Assembly (NCBI GenBank): GCA_045615705.1
Contig: JAZLFH010000053.1
Span: 1 to 54,981, forward strand
DNA from: Clostridia bacterium
GTDB taxonomy: Bacteria; Bacillota; Clostridia; UMGS1883
DNA: 54,981 nucleotides
Direction: 5' to 3'
A model generated the notes under the pieces. The model saw nothing but the letters and a program-made list of their open reading frames with translations, did not search any database and was not told where the DNA came from. The position numbers and the translations under genes were made by a program. The number at the start of each line of letters is the position of its first letter. Within the stretch, counting starts at the first letter, position 1. This document shows positions 26,548 through 36,507 of this stretch, piece after piece.

Positions 26548-26752
26548 AAAATCCTCGTTCTAAGGAACGGGGATTTTTACTTATTCACTATTCCCTCTTC
26601 ACTCTTACTTAAAGTTCTACCGCACGAGGATTTTTTGGAAGTAAAAAGTAATAGTGAATATGGAAGAAGTAAGGTAAAAAATCGCAAGCGATTTTGTTTT
26701 GAAAATAAAATTAAGCAGTAACATATACATTGTATCGGTTACTGCTTTTTTA
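26548..26752 (+). repeat. tRNA-linked repeat, longest intact copy (three hairpins, ~205 bp)
   Basis: Hairpin 1 is AATCCTCGTTC-TAAG-GAACGGGGATT plus a T-run. It is followed by an imperfect inverted-repeat body, hairpin 2 AAAATCGC-AA-GCGATTTT, and hairpin 3 GCAGTAAC..GGTTACTGC plus a T-run. Confidence 0.8.
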
Positions 26753-26766
26753 GTGCAAAATTTTTG

Positions 26767-26795
26767 TTGCATTTATAGGTAATGTATGGTACAAT
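26767..26795 (+). promoter_or_regulatory. sigma-A promoter TTGCAT-17-TACAAT with extended -10 TG
   Basis: -35 at 26767-26772, TG at 26787-26788, -10 at 26790-26795. Confidence 0.6.
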
Positions 26796-26800
26796 GTAGT

Positions 26801-26963
26801 TGCGACATAAACTTAATACTAACGCTTAGCACAAGTGTGTATTTTTATATCTTTTGGTAAAAATGCATACTCTATTTTCGCATACTTGTGTAGGCGTTAA
26901 GTTTGTGTCGCAGCAATCGGAGTTTGCGTTTTTCATGCGTCAGCTTCGGTTGGCGCATTTTTT
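26801..26963 (+). ncRNA. ~165-nt structured leader or small RNA ending in an intrinsic terminator
   Basis: A long imperfect hairpin pairs TGCGACATAAACTTAA (26801-26816) with TTAAGTTTGTGTCGCA (26897-26912). It is followed by ATGCGTCAGC-TTCG-GTTGGCGCAT plus TTTTT (26935-26963). It lies 80 nt upstream of the surface-protein ATG. Confidence 0.5.
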
Positions 26964-27043
26964 AATTTATAAGGATTATATGCGTGGGAGGGATTCCTTC
27001 AAAAAATGCAAAATATGATTATTTTAAAGAAAGAAGGATTTTT

Positions 27044-30000
27044 ATGAAAAGAAAAATTAGTTTATTTATGATGTTATGCCTATTTTTCAATTTTTTGGTT
27101 ATGACAGTCCAAGCAAAGGAAGTTACATATACATTAACTCCTATACCAGTTAATCTTGATACTATTATGTTGGGGGGTGATTTCGGTTCAACTTTAGTTA
27201 TGGAAGATCAAATCTCCAACGGGAAAACGTATATTTTCTGCAATAACGGAACGGCTTTATACTGTGCTGAAGATAATAACATAGTTATTGATGCATCTGA
27301 TGATTTAAACAGTAATACTGCCAGGGATATAAATGTCTTTTCGGTGGACGGAAAAACATATTTTATGGCATCGAATACAATATATGGAAGCAGTACTGGA
27401 TGTAAACATATCTTTTATGATGCAACTGGAAAAAGAATAAGAACTTTTCTTGAATATGAATTTTGTTATTATCTGTCAAATGGTTTAATTGCTTGTAGGA
27501 CTTCTGACTTGAATGGTCGGAAATATGTAATTTATAATATTAAAACAAATACCGTTTATAATGATATATATAGCAAACTTTCCGTTGATTTTTCAGAAAA
27601 TGGTGGATGGGGAAAATCGGCTTCAGATAGTAAATGGTATTGGATAAATAAAAACGGGCAAAAAACAAGTGCTTCTGTTATGTTAAATGAAGATCAAGTT
27701 ATTTATGGATCCGTTGGAAATGATTTATTTATTGTTGGAGATTTTTTCGCCGATTGGGATTATATGCATACTGCTAACAATTCCGGTTTAATAGACAAAA
27801 ACGGTAAAATTGTATTTTCCCCTGAACATCAGGCAAATGCTATCGGAATGTTTAATGACGGTGTTGCCGTAGTAAGGAAACGTATAAGTATGCTTAATGA
27901 TCGATATGCTGTTATTGATACTTCAGGTAGTATGATCACAGATTTTATATACGAATATGCTGCAGACCTTTCAGAAGGTCTTCTTATGATGAGAAAAGAT
28001 GGAAAATTCGGTTATATTGACAAAATGGGCACAGTAGTTATTCCATTTATGTATGAAGACGCCTATTCTTTTAAAAATGGTGCCGCAAAAGTTCGTTTGG
28101 ATGATAAAAGTGCATACTATTATATAGATAAGGATAATAACAAAGTAAGCGAACCAAGAGATACAAACTCTGACAAGTACAGTTTATCAGATTGCGTGTA
28201 TTTCGATGAAGATAAAGACGAATGCGAATTTAAAGGTTATATTATGATTATAAAAACGGGTGACATAATTAATCTTGAAGGTACAGGTCTTATTCCTTAT
28301 CTTGTAGGCGATAGATCACAGTTTATTATTGTTGAAAAAGACAAAAAATTTTATAAAATGAATATAAATGAAGGGAATAATAATTTTTCAAATGTAACCT
28401 TTTCTAATAAATCATTTACCTATGACGGTACCGAAAAAGAAATAACTGTTTCAGGAAATCTGCCTGAAGGAGCAAAGGTATCCTATACAAACAATAAAGC
28501 AACAAATGCCGGTACATATAATGCAACTGTAAAAATTACTTGTGAGGGTTATAATGATTTGACTTTAACCGCAAAGTTGACAATAGAAAAAGCTCCAATT
28601 TCTGTTAAAGCAGATGACATTACTATTGTAAAAGGTGCAACTGTTCCAGTACTTACATATACAATTACAAACGGTAAATTGTTTGGTTCTGATACATTGA
28701 CAGGAAATCTTACAACAACTGCAAATGGTTCAAAGTTAGGACGTTTTGATATTGCACAAGGAACACTTAAAGCATCATCAAACTATAGTTTGACATTTAC
28801 AAAGGGAAAACTTTCCGTTGTTGACAAAACACCTCAAAACATAGTTATTTCAGATATTACTGCAAAAACATACGGAGATAGTAGTTTTAAGGTGAATGTA
28901 ACACCGGATAGTACAAGTAAACTTGCTGCATTTACTTACGAAATTGATAATCCCGATGTTGCGACAATAGACAATAGCGGAAATATTACAATTAAAGCGG
29001 CAGGAGAGGTAACAGTTACGGTAACCGAACCGGGAAATAACGATTATACACAGACTACGGCTACAAAGAAATTTACCGTTAATAAAAAAGACATTCAGGT
29101 AAAAGCAATAAACTTAAAGAACAAGACAGCCGAATTAGATGGAGTATTGGCAGCCGATAAAGATGTCAAACTTGATTTTAATAAGATACTTACATCTGTA
29201 AAAATTGTTTCCGGAAATGATATAACATCTGTGGTTTCTTCATTCGAATTAACAGGGGCTAAAGCAGACAACTATAAAGTATCAACAAAAACTTTGGAAA
29301 TAACCGAACAAATGGACTCGACAAGTGAAGTATCGGCAACAGAAAATGTTGAGGTTACTGCGGGAATAATTAATGATACCGCCGTTGTAACGGGATTGGA
29401 TATTTCAAATATTCAACCGGATACAAACAAGATTACTCTTGATTTTTCAGACATTGCAGAAAAAGAAGTTAAAAATGTTTCTGTTTCGAAAACAGTCTTT
29501 GAAAATATCAAAGATACGGCAGATCTTGAACTAACATTAAATGACGGAAAGGCCGGAGAAAGTGCAACTGTTCTTTTCGATAAAGCTGTACTTACATTTT
29601 TAGCAGGAGCATCCGGCAATAATATAACCTTTGGAATAAATAAAGCTGAAAATGTAGTGACAAATGATGAACAAAAGAAAACTATCAATAATTTATCAAA
29701 TGCTGAAACATATGAATTGTCACTAATGTGCGACGGTGAAAACATAACCAGCTTTAATAGTGGAAAAATTACTGTAAATCTTGTATATGATAAGTATGTA
29801 AGCGGAAATGTTAAGATGGTATGCGTAAAAGCAGACGGAACAACCGAAAATATTCCTGTGACATATAATTCAACAACAAAAACTGTTACAGCAACGCTCA
29901 CACACTTTTCCGAGTATGCAATATATACAGCACCATCAAGAAGTTCAGGTGGCAGCGGTATTTCATCATATACAGTAAAATTTGAAACAAACGGTGCAAA

Positions 30001-30562
30001 TGCGATAAAGAGCGTTAGCGTAAAGAGAAACGGCACAGTACCCGAGCCGACTGCACCGACAAAAGAAGGCTTTACCTTCACAGGCTGGTACACCAATAAA
30101 AACCTTACAACCAAATATAATTTTGCAAGCAAGGTTACCAAAGACTTTACACTTTATGCCGGATGGGAAGAAAAACCAGTTGATAATTCCCAAAAACAAA
30201 TTATTCTTACAATCGGTCAAAAAGAAGCAACCGTATTCGGTGAAACAAAAGCAAACGATGTTGCTCCGAAAATTGTAAACGACAGAGCGATGCTTCCAAT
30301 AAGATTTATCGCAGAAGCACTTGGCTGTACGGTAGATTGGGACGGTGAAAAACGGTTAGTTACAATTTTGAGCGAAGGCTTAAAAATTGAAATCTCAATT
30401 GGTGAAAGTGTTGCTTTTGTAAACGGTGAAGAAGTTGCACTTGACAGCTCTGCATTTATAGAAAATGACAGAACCTATCTGCCAATCAGATTTGTAGCAG
30501 AAAATCTTGGTGCAGAGGTTGAATGGTTAGAGGAAACACAGCAGGTTGTTATTACAAAATAA
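27044..30562 (+). CDS. large multidomain cell-surface protein (WG/KWG repeats, MBG, Big-like, Listeria-Bacteroides repeat, C-terminal copper-amine-oxidase-like domains)
   Basis: Signal peptide MKRKISLFMMLCLFFNFLVMTVQA. GYIDKMGTVVIPFMYEDAYSFKNGAAKV (WG repeat). YDGTEKE..NAGTYNATV (MBG). YTVKFETNG..FTGWYT (Flg_new-type). NDRAMLPIRFIAEALG and NDRTYLPIRFVAENLG at the C-terminus. Confidence 0.8.
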   Translation: MKRKISLFMMLCLFFNFLVMTVQAKEVTYTLTPIPVNLDTIMLGGDFGSTLVMEDQISNGKTYIFCNNGTALYCAEDNNIVIDASDDLNSNTARDINVFSVDGKTYFMASNTIYGSSTGCKHIFYDATGKRIRTFLEYEFCYYLSNGLIACRTSDLNGRKYVIYNIKTNTVYNDIYSKLSVDFSENGGWGKSASDSKWYWINKNGQKTSASVMLNEDQVIYGSVGNDLFIVGDFFADWDYMHTANNSGLIDKNGKIVFSPEHQANAIGMFNDGVAVVRKRISMLNDRYAVIDTSGSMITDFIYEYAADLSEGLLMMRKDGKFGYIDKMGTVVIPFMYEDAYSFKNGAAKVRLDDKSAYYYIDKDNNKVSEPRDTNSDKYSLSDCVYFDEDKDECEFKGYIMIIKTGDIINLEGTGLIPYLVGDRSQFIIVEKDKKFYKMNINEGNNNFSNVTFSNKSFTYDGTEKEITVSGNLPEGAKVSYTNNKATNAGTYNATVKITCEGYNDLTLTAKLTIEKAPISVKADDITIVKGATVPVLTYTITNGKLFGSDTLTGNLTTTANGSKLGRFDIAQGTLKASSNYSLTFTKGKLSVVDKTPQNIVISDITAKTYGDSSFKVNVTPDSTSKLAAFTYEIDNPDVATIDNSGNITIKAAGEVTVTVTEPGNNDYTQTTATKKFTVNKKDIQVKAINLKNKTAELDGVLAADKDVKLDFNKILTSVKIVSGNDITSVVSSFELTGAKADNYKVSTKTLEITEQMDSTSEVSATENVEVTAGIINDTAVVTGLDISNIQPDTNKITLDFSDIAEKEVKNVSVSKTVFENIKDTADLELTLNDGKAGESATVLFDKAVLTFLAGASGNNITFGINKAENVVTNDEQKKTINNLSNAETYELSLMCDGENITSFNSGKITVNLVYDKYVSGNVKMVCVKADGTTENIPVTYNSTTKTVTATLTHFSEYAIYTAPSRSSGGSGISSYTVKFETNGANAIKSVSVKRNGTVPEPTAPTKEGFTFTGWYTNKNLTTKYNFASKVTKDFTLYAGWEEKPVDNSQKQIILTIGQKEATVFGETKANDVAPKIVNDRAMLPIRFIAEALGCTVDWDGEKRLVTILSEGLKIEISIGESVAFVNGEEVALDSSAFIENDRTYLPIRFVAENLGAEVEWLEETQQVVITK

Positions 30563-30723
30563 GTTTTAAGAATAAAAAGCAAAAAGGCGGTAGAGTGAAA
30601 TCTATCGTCTTTTTGCATGGTGTATATTTGAAAAAATAATAATTATTATTTGGATAGGCATGGAAAATAATATGTAATAAAAAACTGTAAATCTTTTTGT
30701 ATATAAAAAGTGGCTCTATATTG

Positions 30724-30762
30724 ATAAAAAAAGAGAAACTGCATTTTGCAGTTTCTCCTTTT
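30724..30762. terminator. bidirectional intrinsic terminator
   Basis: AAAAAAGAGAAACTGCA-TTT-TGCAGTTTCTCCTTTTCTT lies between convergent genes. Confidence 0.7.
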
Positions 30763-30766
30763 CTTA

Positions 30767-32821
30767 TTATTCTTCCTCAATTTTCGCACTTTCTATAACC
30801 TTTTGGGCTATATTTGCCGGTGCATCTTCGTATCTTTCAAAACTGAGTTCAAATTTTCCTCGTGCCTGCGTCATGGAACGAAGGTCTGTTGCATATTTTG
30901 TCATTTCCGCCATCGGAACTTCCGCTACAACTTCCGTTATGCCCTTTCCTATCGGATTTGTTCCGAGCATTCTGCCTCTACGCTTACTGATATCGCCCAT
31001 AATGTCGCCCATGCTCTGGTCGGGAACTTTTACAGTCAATTTCCCTATCGGCTCTAAAAGTACGGGGTTTGCTTGTTTCAAGCCCTCTTTATAAGCAAGC
31101 GAAGCCGCAACCTTAAACGCCATTTCGGAAGAATCTACCGGGTGGTACGACCCGTCAACAAGACACGCTTTGAGTCCCACAACGGGGTAACCTGCCAAAA
31201 CGCCCTTGCCTATGCATTCCCTAAGTCCTTTTTCTACCGCCGGGAAGAAGTTTTTAGGTACTGCACCGCCGAATATCTTTTCTTCAAATATCAAGTCCGT
31301 ACCGTCATGCGGAGAGAACTCTATCCAAACATCACCAAACTGTCCGTGTCCGCCCGACTGTTTCTTGTGTCTGCCCTGTACTTTGACTGTTTTTCTGATT
31401 GCTTCACGATACGCAACCTTAGGCTCCACAAGGTCAACGGAAACGCCGAACTTTGTCAAAAGTTTGCTCGTAATAACATCAATATGAAGTTCTCCGATAC
31501 CGGATATTATCATCTGATGAGTTTCTGTGTTATTTTCCACCTTAAATGTCGGGTCTTCTTCAACAAGTTTATTAAGACCTGTTCCTATCTTTTCTTCATC
31601 GCCTTTTGCTTTCGGAAGTATTGCAAGGGACATATTGGGCTTAGGGAAATTCATCTTTTCAAGCACTACTTTTCTTGAACTGTCGCAAAGTGTATCTCCC
31701 GTTGCGGAAACCATAAGTTTTGTAACAACGCCTATATCTCCCGCACCGATTTGAGAAGTTTCAATCTGTTTCTTTCCACGGAGAATATAAAGTTTTCCTA
31801 TCTTTTCGTTTGCTTCCTTGCTTGCGTTATAAACAGTGCTGTCTGCTTTCATTATTCCGGAAAAAACTCTAAACAAAGACATTTTTCCGACATAAGGATC
31901 GGCAACAGTCTTAAAAATCATTGCACAAAGCGGTGCAGATTCATCACAGACAATTTCAGTATCTCCTGCCATTTCGTTGTTTGCATCGGCAGCTGACGGA
32001 AAATACTTGCAAAGTCCGTTCATAAGCGGCATAACACCCGCACAAGTTAAGGCACAGCCACAGTAAACAGGAGAAATTTCTCCCGCCTTTACACCACTTT
32101 TTACAGCCTTAGAAAGTTCATCGTCATTGATTTCTTCCCCGGCAAAGTATTTTTCCATAAGTGCTTCGTCAGTTTCAACCGCCGCCTCAATAAGTGCCTG
32201 ACGATAGATTTCAATTTCACTTTCCATATATGACGGGATTTCGCCTTCCGTGTCTGTTTCGCCACTAATCATATACGCTTTATTATCAACAATATCAACA
32301 AATCCCAAAAGTTTTCCGCCATCTTTAATCGGCACTCTAAACGGTGCTATGCTGGTCCCGAATTTATCTTTAAGAGAGGTTAAAACCGTACTGAAATTTG
32401 CATTTTCATCGTCCATTGCGTTTACGAAAAATATTTTCGGTATATTTCTCTCGCTCGCATATTCCCAAGCATTTTCCGTACCGACTTGCACACCGCTTCT
32501 GCCGTGAACCACTATGACCGCTCCGTCAGCCACTCTAACTCCCTGAACCACTTCACCCGCAAAATCAAAATATCCGGGTGTATCAATAAGATTTATCTTA
32601 TTATCTTTCCACTCAAACGGTGCGATAGAAGTATTTATGGAAATCTTTCTCTTAATCTCCTCTGGGTCATAATCCAAAACGCTCGTTCCGTCAGCGACTT
32701 TCCCAAGTCTGTCGGACGCATTCGCCAAATGAAGCATCGCTTCCGCAAGCGATGTCTTACCTGCCCCTCCATGTGATAAAAGTACGACATTGTGAATTTT
32801 GTCAGCAGTGTACTTGTTCAT
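30767..32821 (-). CDS. elongation factor G family GTPase (EF-G paralogue)
   Basis: G1 motif SHGGAGKTS, DTPGYFDF, and EF-G domains II-V. The ATG at 32821 has a GAGGAGG RBS. Confidence 0.85.
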   Translation of the reverse strand: MNKYTADKIHNVVLLSHGGAGKTSLAEAMLHLANASDRLGKVADGTSVLDYDPEEIKRKISINTSIAPFEWKDNKINLIDTPGYFDFAGEVVQGVRVADGAVIVVHGRSGVQVGTENAWEYASERNIPKIFFVNAMDDENANFSTVLTSLKDKFGTSIAPFRVPIKDGGKLLGFVDIVDNKAYMISGETDTEGEIPSYMESEIEIYRQALIEAAVETDEALMEKYFAGEEINDDELSKAVKSGVKAGEISPVYCGCALTCAGVMPLMNGLCKYFPSAADANNEMAGDTEIVCDESAPLCAMIFKTVADPYVGKMSLFRVFSGIMKADSTVYNASKEANEKIGKLYILRGKKQIETSQIGAGDIGVVTKLMVSATGDTLCDSSRKVVLEKMNFPKPNMSLAILPKAKGDEEKIGTGLNKLVEEDPTFKVENNTETHQMIISGIGELHIDVITSKLLTKFGVSVDLVEPKVAYREAIRKTVKVQGRHKKQSGGHGQFGDVWIEFSPHDGTDLIFEEKIFGGAVPKNFFPAVEKGLRECIGKGVLAGYPVVGLKACLVDGSYHPVDSSEMAFKVAASLAYKEGLKQANPVLLEPIGKLTVKVPDQSMGDIMGDISKRRGRMLGTNPIGKGITEVVAEVPMAEMTKYATDLRSMTQARGKFELSFERYEDAPANIAQKVIESAKIEEE

Positions 32822-33011
32822 TTTAATCCTCCTCACTACTAATATTAATATAGGTACACCATTTAGATTTATAATAGCACATATTGTGTTTTGTAGAAAG
32901 AGTAAAAATATTACAATTATTTAATTGACTTTTTATGCATAATATACAAATTTTATCATATTGCATGCGATAACCTTTTGTGATATAATTTTTTTAATTG
33001 GAGGAATCAAT

Positions 33012-34517
33012 ATGAAAAAGTTTTTATCAATTCTAATTACGGCAATTTTCTTGGTATCTCTTTGTGCATTCCCCGCATTGGCATCGGAAAACGATTTGTT
33101 TGAGTTTTTTATGAACGGTTTTTACTCTCCTCAAACGCAGGAAGACTTAATCAATCTTATGTGTGTCAACAACTATCAAAAGAGCGGAAATGTAGTTAAA
33201 AATCCCGCTGATTTTACGGATGACGAACTTTCCTTACTTGAAAGAATTTGCAGTGATGACGATATAATTGTTGATGAAATCATGCCTTGCTTGTTCGGTC
33301 TTTACGACTTTTCGCAAAGTGCTTCACAATCTTCGGTAGATATGGTTTTAAGCCATGCAATGACAGGGAATCCGGGAATATGTGATGAATACGGTTTTAA
33401 TTATGTTCTTGATAAATACCCCGGATTTAACGGTTTTCTTAAAGACAGGTGTTTTGGACTTTATTGGTTTATGAGTGCTCTTTCCTTTATTAATGAGGTA
33501 TATGTAGTAAATAACGGTGAACCTATAATTCTCGTTACTCTTGATGAAAACTGGGCAGTTTTATTAAACAAAAACCTTGATTCCGTTGCTTCGGCAAGTC
33601 TTGGCTTGTTCTATGAAGAAAACGAAAGTGCTATGCAGGAATTTTTGGTCGTTCTTGAGGATTTTGTAGGCTTTATGAATCGCCCTGAAAACGAGCATGA
33701 AAAAACTTCATTCGTAATGATGCTTGATGAAAAGTCAATCGCAGGATTTATTGAAGTTCCCGAAGATTACTTTGGAGATAACGACGAAACCGAAGGCGAA
33801 GGCGAAAATGAAGGCGAAAACGAAGGCGGCGAGTCTGAGGGAGGAACTTCATCTTCCGATTCAAAAGGCGGTCAATCAGTAAACCTTGGCGGAGGAAGAG
33901 GAAACGATTCATCTTCAAACACAAACGATACCGACAACAATACAAATGACAATACAGAGCCTGTTACATCTGTATTTAACTTTACCGATCTTCCTTCTTC
34001 ACATTGGGCAATTCTTTATGTTCAGCGTCTTGTAAGTGCGGGAATTCTCTCGGGTATGAGCCCGACTGTTTTTGCCCCCGATAACAACATCACAAGAGAG
34101 CAATTTGTCAAAATTATTGTTGAGTCGCTCGGCGTATATGATAACACCGCCGTATGCAACTTTGATGATGTTCCCAAAAATGCTTGGTACTACGGATATG
34201 TCGCAAGTGCTGTTAAACTCGGTATTGTAAACGGTATATCCGACAGTGAATTCGGAAGTGGCAAAAACATAACTCGTGAAGATATGGCAGTGCTTTTAGA
34301 CAGAGCAAGCGGAATTTCTGACAAATTTACAATCAGAGAAACTTCTGAAGAAAAGAGTTTTTCTGACGAAGGTTTAATTTCGGATTATGCAAAAGACAGT
34401 GTTAAGAAATTTGTAAAAGGCGGAATAATCAGCGGATATGACAACGGAACATTCGGACCTAAAAATTTCGCTACCAGAGCGGAAGCGGCTAAGATGATAT
34501 TCATGCTTCTTTACTGA
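33012..34517 (+). CDS. secreted protein with acidic/Asn-rich linker and three C-terminal SLH domains
   Basis: Signal peptide MKKFLSILITAIFLVSLCAFPALA. SLH motifs FTDLPSSHWA.., FDDVPKNAWYYGYV.., FSDEGLISDYAKDSV...ATRAEAAKMI. Confidence 0.8.
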   Translation: MKKFLSILITAIFLVSLCAFPALASENDLFEFFMNGFYSPQTQEDLINLMCVNNYQKSGNVVKNPADFTDDELSLLERICSDDDIIVDEIMPCLFGLYDFSQSASQSSVDMVLSHAMTGNPGICDEYGFNYVLDKYPGFNGFLKDRCFGLYWFMSALSFINEVYVVNNGEPIILVTLDENWAVLLNKNLDSVASASLGLFYEENESAMQEFLVVLEDFVGFMNRPENEHEKTSFVMMLDEKSIAGFIEVPEDYFGDNDETEGEGENEGENEGGESEGGTSSSDSKGGQSVNLGGGRGNDSSSNTNDTDNNTNDNTEPVTSVFNFTDLPSSHWAILYVQRLVSAGILSGMSPTVFAPDNNITREQFVKIIVESLGVYDNTAVCNFDDVPKNAWYYGYVASAVKLGIVNGISDSEFGSGKNITREDMAVLLDRASGISDKFTIRETSEEKSFSDEGLISDYAKDSVKKFVKGGIISGYDNGTFGPKNFATRAEAAKMIFMLLY

Positions 34518-34626
34518 TGGACTTAAAAAATAGTGCAGAAGTTAAACTGAACCCGAAGGCATACGCAAGCACTCCGAGAGGCGAAGTTTGACGGTAGCCT
34601 CATAGAGTATCTTTCCTTAGGGCAAA

Positions 34627-34661
34627 TAAAAATCAGATGACCTTTTGGTCATCTGATTTTT
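34627..34661. terminator. bidirectional intrinsic terminator
   Basis: AAAAATCAGATGACC-TTT-GGTCATCTGATTTTT. Confidence 0.75.
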
Positions 34662-35931
34662 ATTTTGAAAGTTTTGATACAACTTCCATTACATCTCTTC
34701 GTTTTAGGTTTTTTATAGTTTTAATAGGGGTTTCAAGATTAATTTCCTTTTCCTCCGAAAGTCTGTAAACAGACTCTCCGGAAATTCCGCCTTTTAAGAT
34801 TAGTCCGTTATCTGCGGCATAATCTCTGGCTGTTTTTACCATTGCGTTATATGAAAGATGTTCTTTTACCTTAAACAAATCCGGCTCTGTACACATTATG
34901 TAAAACTCGTCATCGCTAATGTATCTGTCGGGTTGGAAAGTGTTATTTTGATATCCTATTGTGTGCTTCTTTTCCAAAAGGTTTTTCACATACGGTAAAA
35001 ACTCATCATCTTCTTTAACATCTTCAAACGGCATCCTTCGTAAAAGTTCCGAAACAGACACGATTTCGTATCCTGCATTTTTTAAAAGTTTTAACTGTGG
35101 TTCTAACGCATCTGCAATCGGCGTTCTAAGATTCATGTTGCAACCGTCTTTTTGAAAAATTATCTGTCCGTTTAAAGAGTTCTCGTCTTCAACGAGTGCC
35201 TTTTCCATAGGTCTTATCATATCGCTTACTTCATCATTGTAATCATTCAGTCCTTGCCAACCTCTGCCGTCAAAACTTGCCGCCATATAATTGTATCCCA
35301 TTATTCTGTATGCATCATAACTGCTCGCTCCACCTTTAATTCTGTCTATATAGTGTGGCGGACGAGAAAGTGTCATTTTATAATTGAAATTATCCTCCAT
35401 AAACTTATGAAGCATATTTAAATCGTTTACTACATCGGATAATGAGTCTTGGCAAATCCTTTTTCCGTATATTGCACGCATTTTGCCGAAAAGCCTGTGT
35501 GTATACGAATGGTTTGTAATTTCATTTCCTGCATCAAGAAGCATTTTAACCAATTCTTTTTGATTTACCGCACCTGCTTTTTTATCTTCGTTAAATTTGG
35601 GATAGTGGTCAAAATGCACTCCGCTCCATGTAAAATCGCCCGCTCTTCCTTCTTTGTCGGGATAATTATTTTCGGTAGTGCCTATAATATCAAAACTGGC
35701 GTAAGAATTGTACTCTTTTAAAATGTCGCATAAAATCTTTGTCAAGCCCTCGCTTTTATTTGTCGCAAGCATTGCACTCGGGCCGTCATCAAAGGTCATC
35801 GCACACACTCTTTTATTTAACGGTGCAACTCTTTCTATTCTTCTTACCGCAGAAAGATGCTCTCCCGCTCTTTTCCTTTTGTATGCTTTAATTTTTCCGT
35901 TGATTTTTCGTGCCGTATTGTAAACAGTCAT
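34660..35931 (-). CDS. polysaccharide deacetylase (NodB-type) family protein
   Basis: MTFDDGPS and HSYTH motifs. The ATG at 35931 overlaps the upstream stop as ATGA. Confidence 0.8.
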   Translation of the reverse strand: MTVYNTARKINGKIKAYKRKRAGEHLSAVRRIERVAPLNKRVCAMTFDDGPSAMLATNKSEGLTKILCDILKEYNSYASFDIIGTTENNYPDKEGRAGDFTWSGVHFDHYPKFNEDKKAGAVNQKELVKMLLDAGNEITNHSYTHRLFGKMRAIYGKRICQDSLSDVVNDLNMLHKFMEDNFNYKMTLSRPPHYIDRIKGGASSYDAYRIMGYNYMAASFDGRGWQGLNDYNDEVSDMIRPMEKALVEDENSLNGQIIFQKDGCNMNLRTPIADALEPQLKLLKNAGYEIVSVSELLRRMPFEDVKEDDEFLPYVKNLLEKKHTIGYQNNTFQPDRYISDDEFYIMCTEPDLFKVKEHLSYNAMVKTARDYAADNGLILKGGISGESVYRLSEEKEINLETPIKTIKNLKRRDVMEVVSKLSK

Positions 35932-36464
35932 ATTACACCTTCTTTTTTGAAAAAGCACTCATAAAGTCCAATAGCCGCTATTCCGCCTATCAGTGCCGTT
36001 ACAATTTGGGGAATATTAAACAATACACTTGTACTTTCGATAAACCCCGGATTATTACGGCAAAGCATTTTTAAAATTCCCATTCCGCCGTAAAACATTA
36101 CCATCCATTTTGCAACTGCCGATGTTACAAGTGCTAAATATTTATTGTATTTTTGAAGATAATAGTAAAAACAGATATATACCACATTTCCTGCCACAAC
36201 TATCGGAATTAGTGAAATTGACACTAAATTTCCCTCAAAATACGCCAATACGGGAGTTATAATTCCTATATAAACCGCTGTGGACTTACCGTCTGCCATT
36301 GCTGACAAAAGTATAGTTAAGTTAACCAAAGAACCCACAGCATAAATTACGACATACGGAAGACTTTCGATTTTGGGGATAAGTACAAGGGATTGAAAAA
36401 CAATCGCCGCAAGCAAAAATATTGCCGTTTTTGTCAGTTTTTTTATATTCAAATCAATCACCAC
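35928..36464 (-). CDS. multi-pass membrane protein (ECF-transporter S-component-like)
   Basis: 178 aa with five to six TM helices. The family assignment is tentative. Confidence 0.45.
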   Translation of the reverse strand: MVIDLNIKKLTKTAIFLLAAIVFQSLVLIPKIESLPYVVIYAVGSLVNLTILLSAMADGKSTAVYIGIITPVLAYFEGNLVSISLIPIVVAGNVVYICFYYYLQKYNKYLALVTSAVAKWMVMFYGGMGILKMLCRNNPGFIESTSVLFNIPQIVTALIGGIAAIGLYECFFKKEGVI

Positions 36465-36507
36465 ATTTAATTATATTACTTAATAATCTTTTGTCAAGGA
36501 GGTTTGT

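Noticed and set aside
29413-30141. 242-aa minus-strand ORF inside the surface-protein gene
   Set aside because: It is antisense to a well-supported multidomain CDS. It is hydrophobic and low-complexity, and lacks an RBS.
34518-34626. Relatively GC-rich 3' UTR after the SLH-protein gene (possible small RNA or ribozyme fragment)
   Set aside because: I could find only one short stem (GAGGC..GCCTC). There is no recognisable motif and no separate promoter, so the evidence is insufficient.
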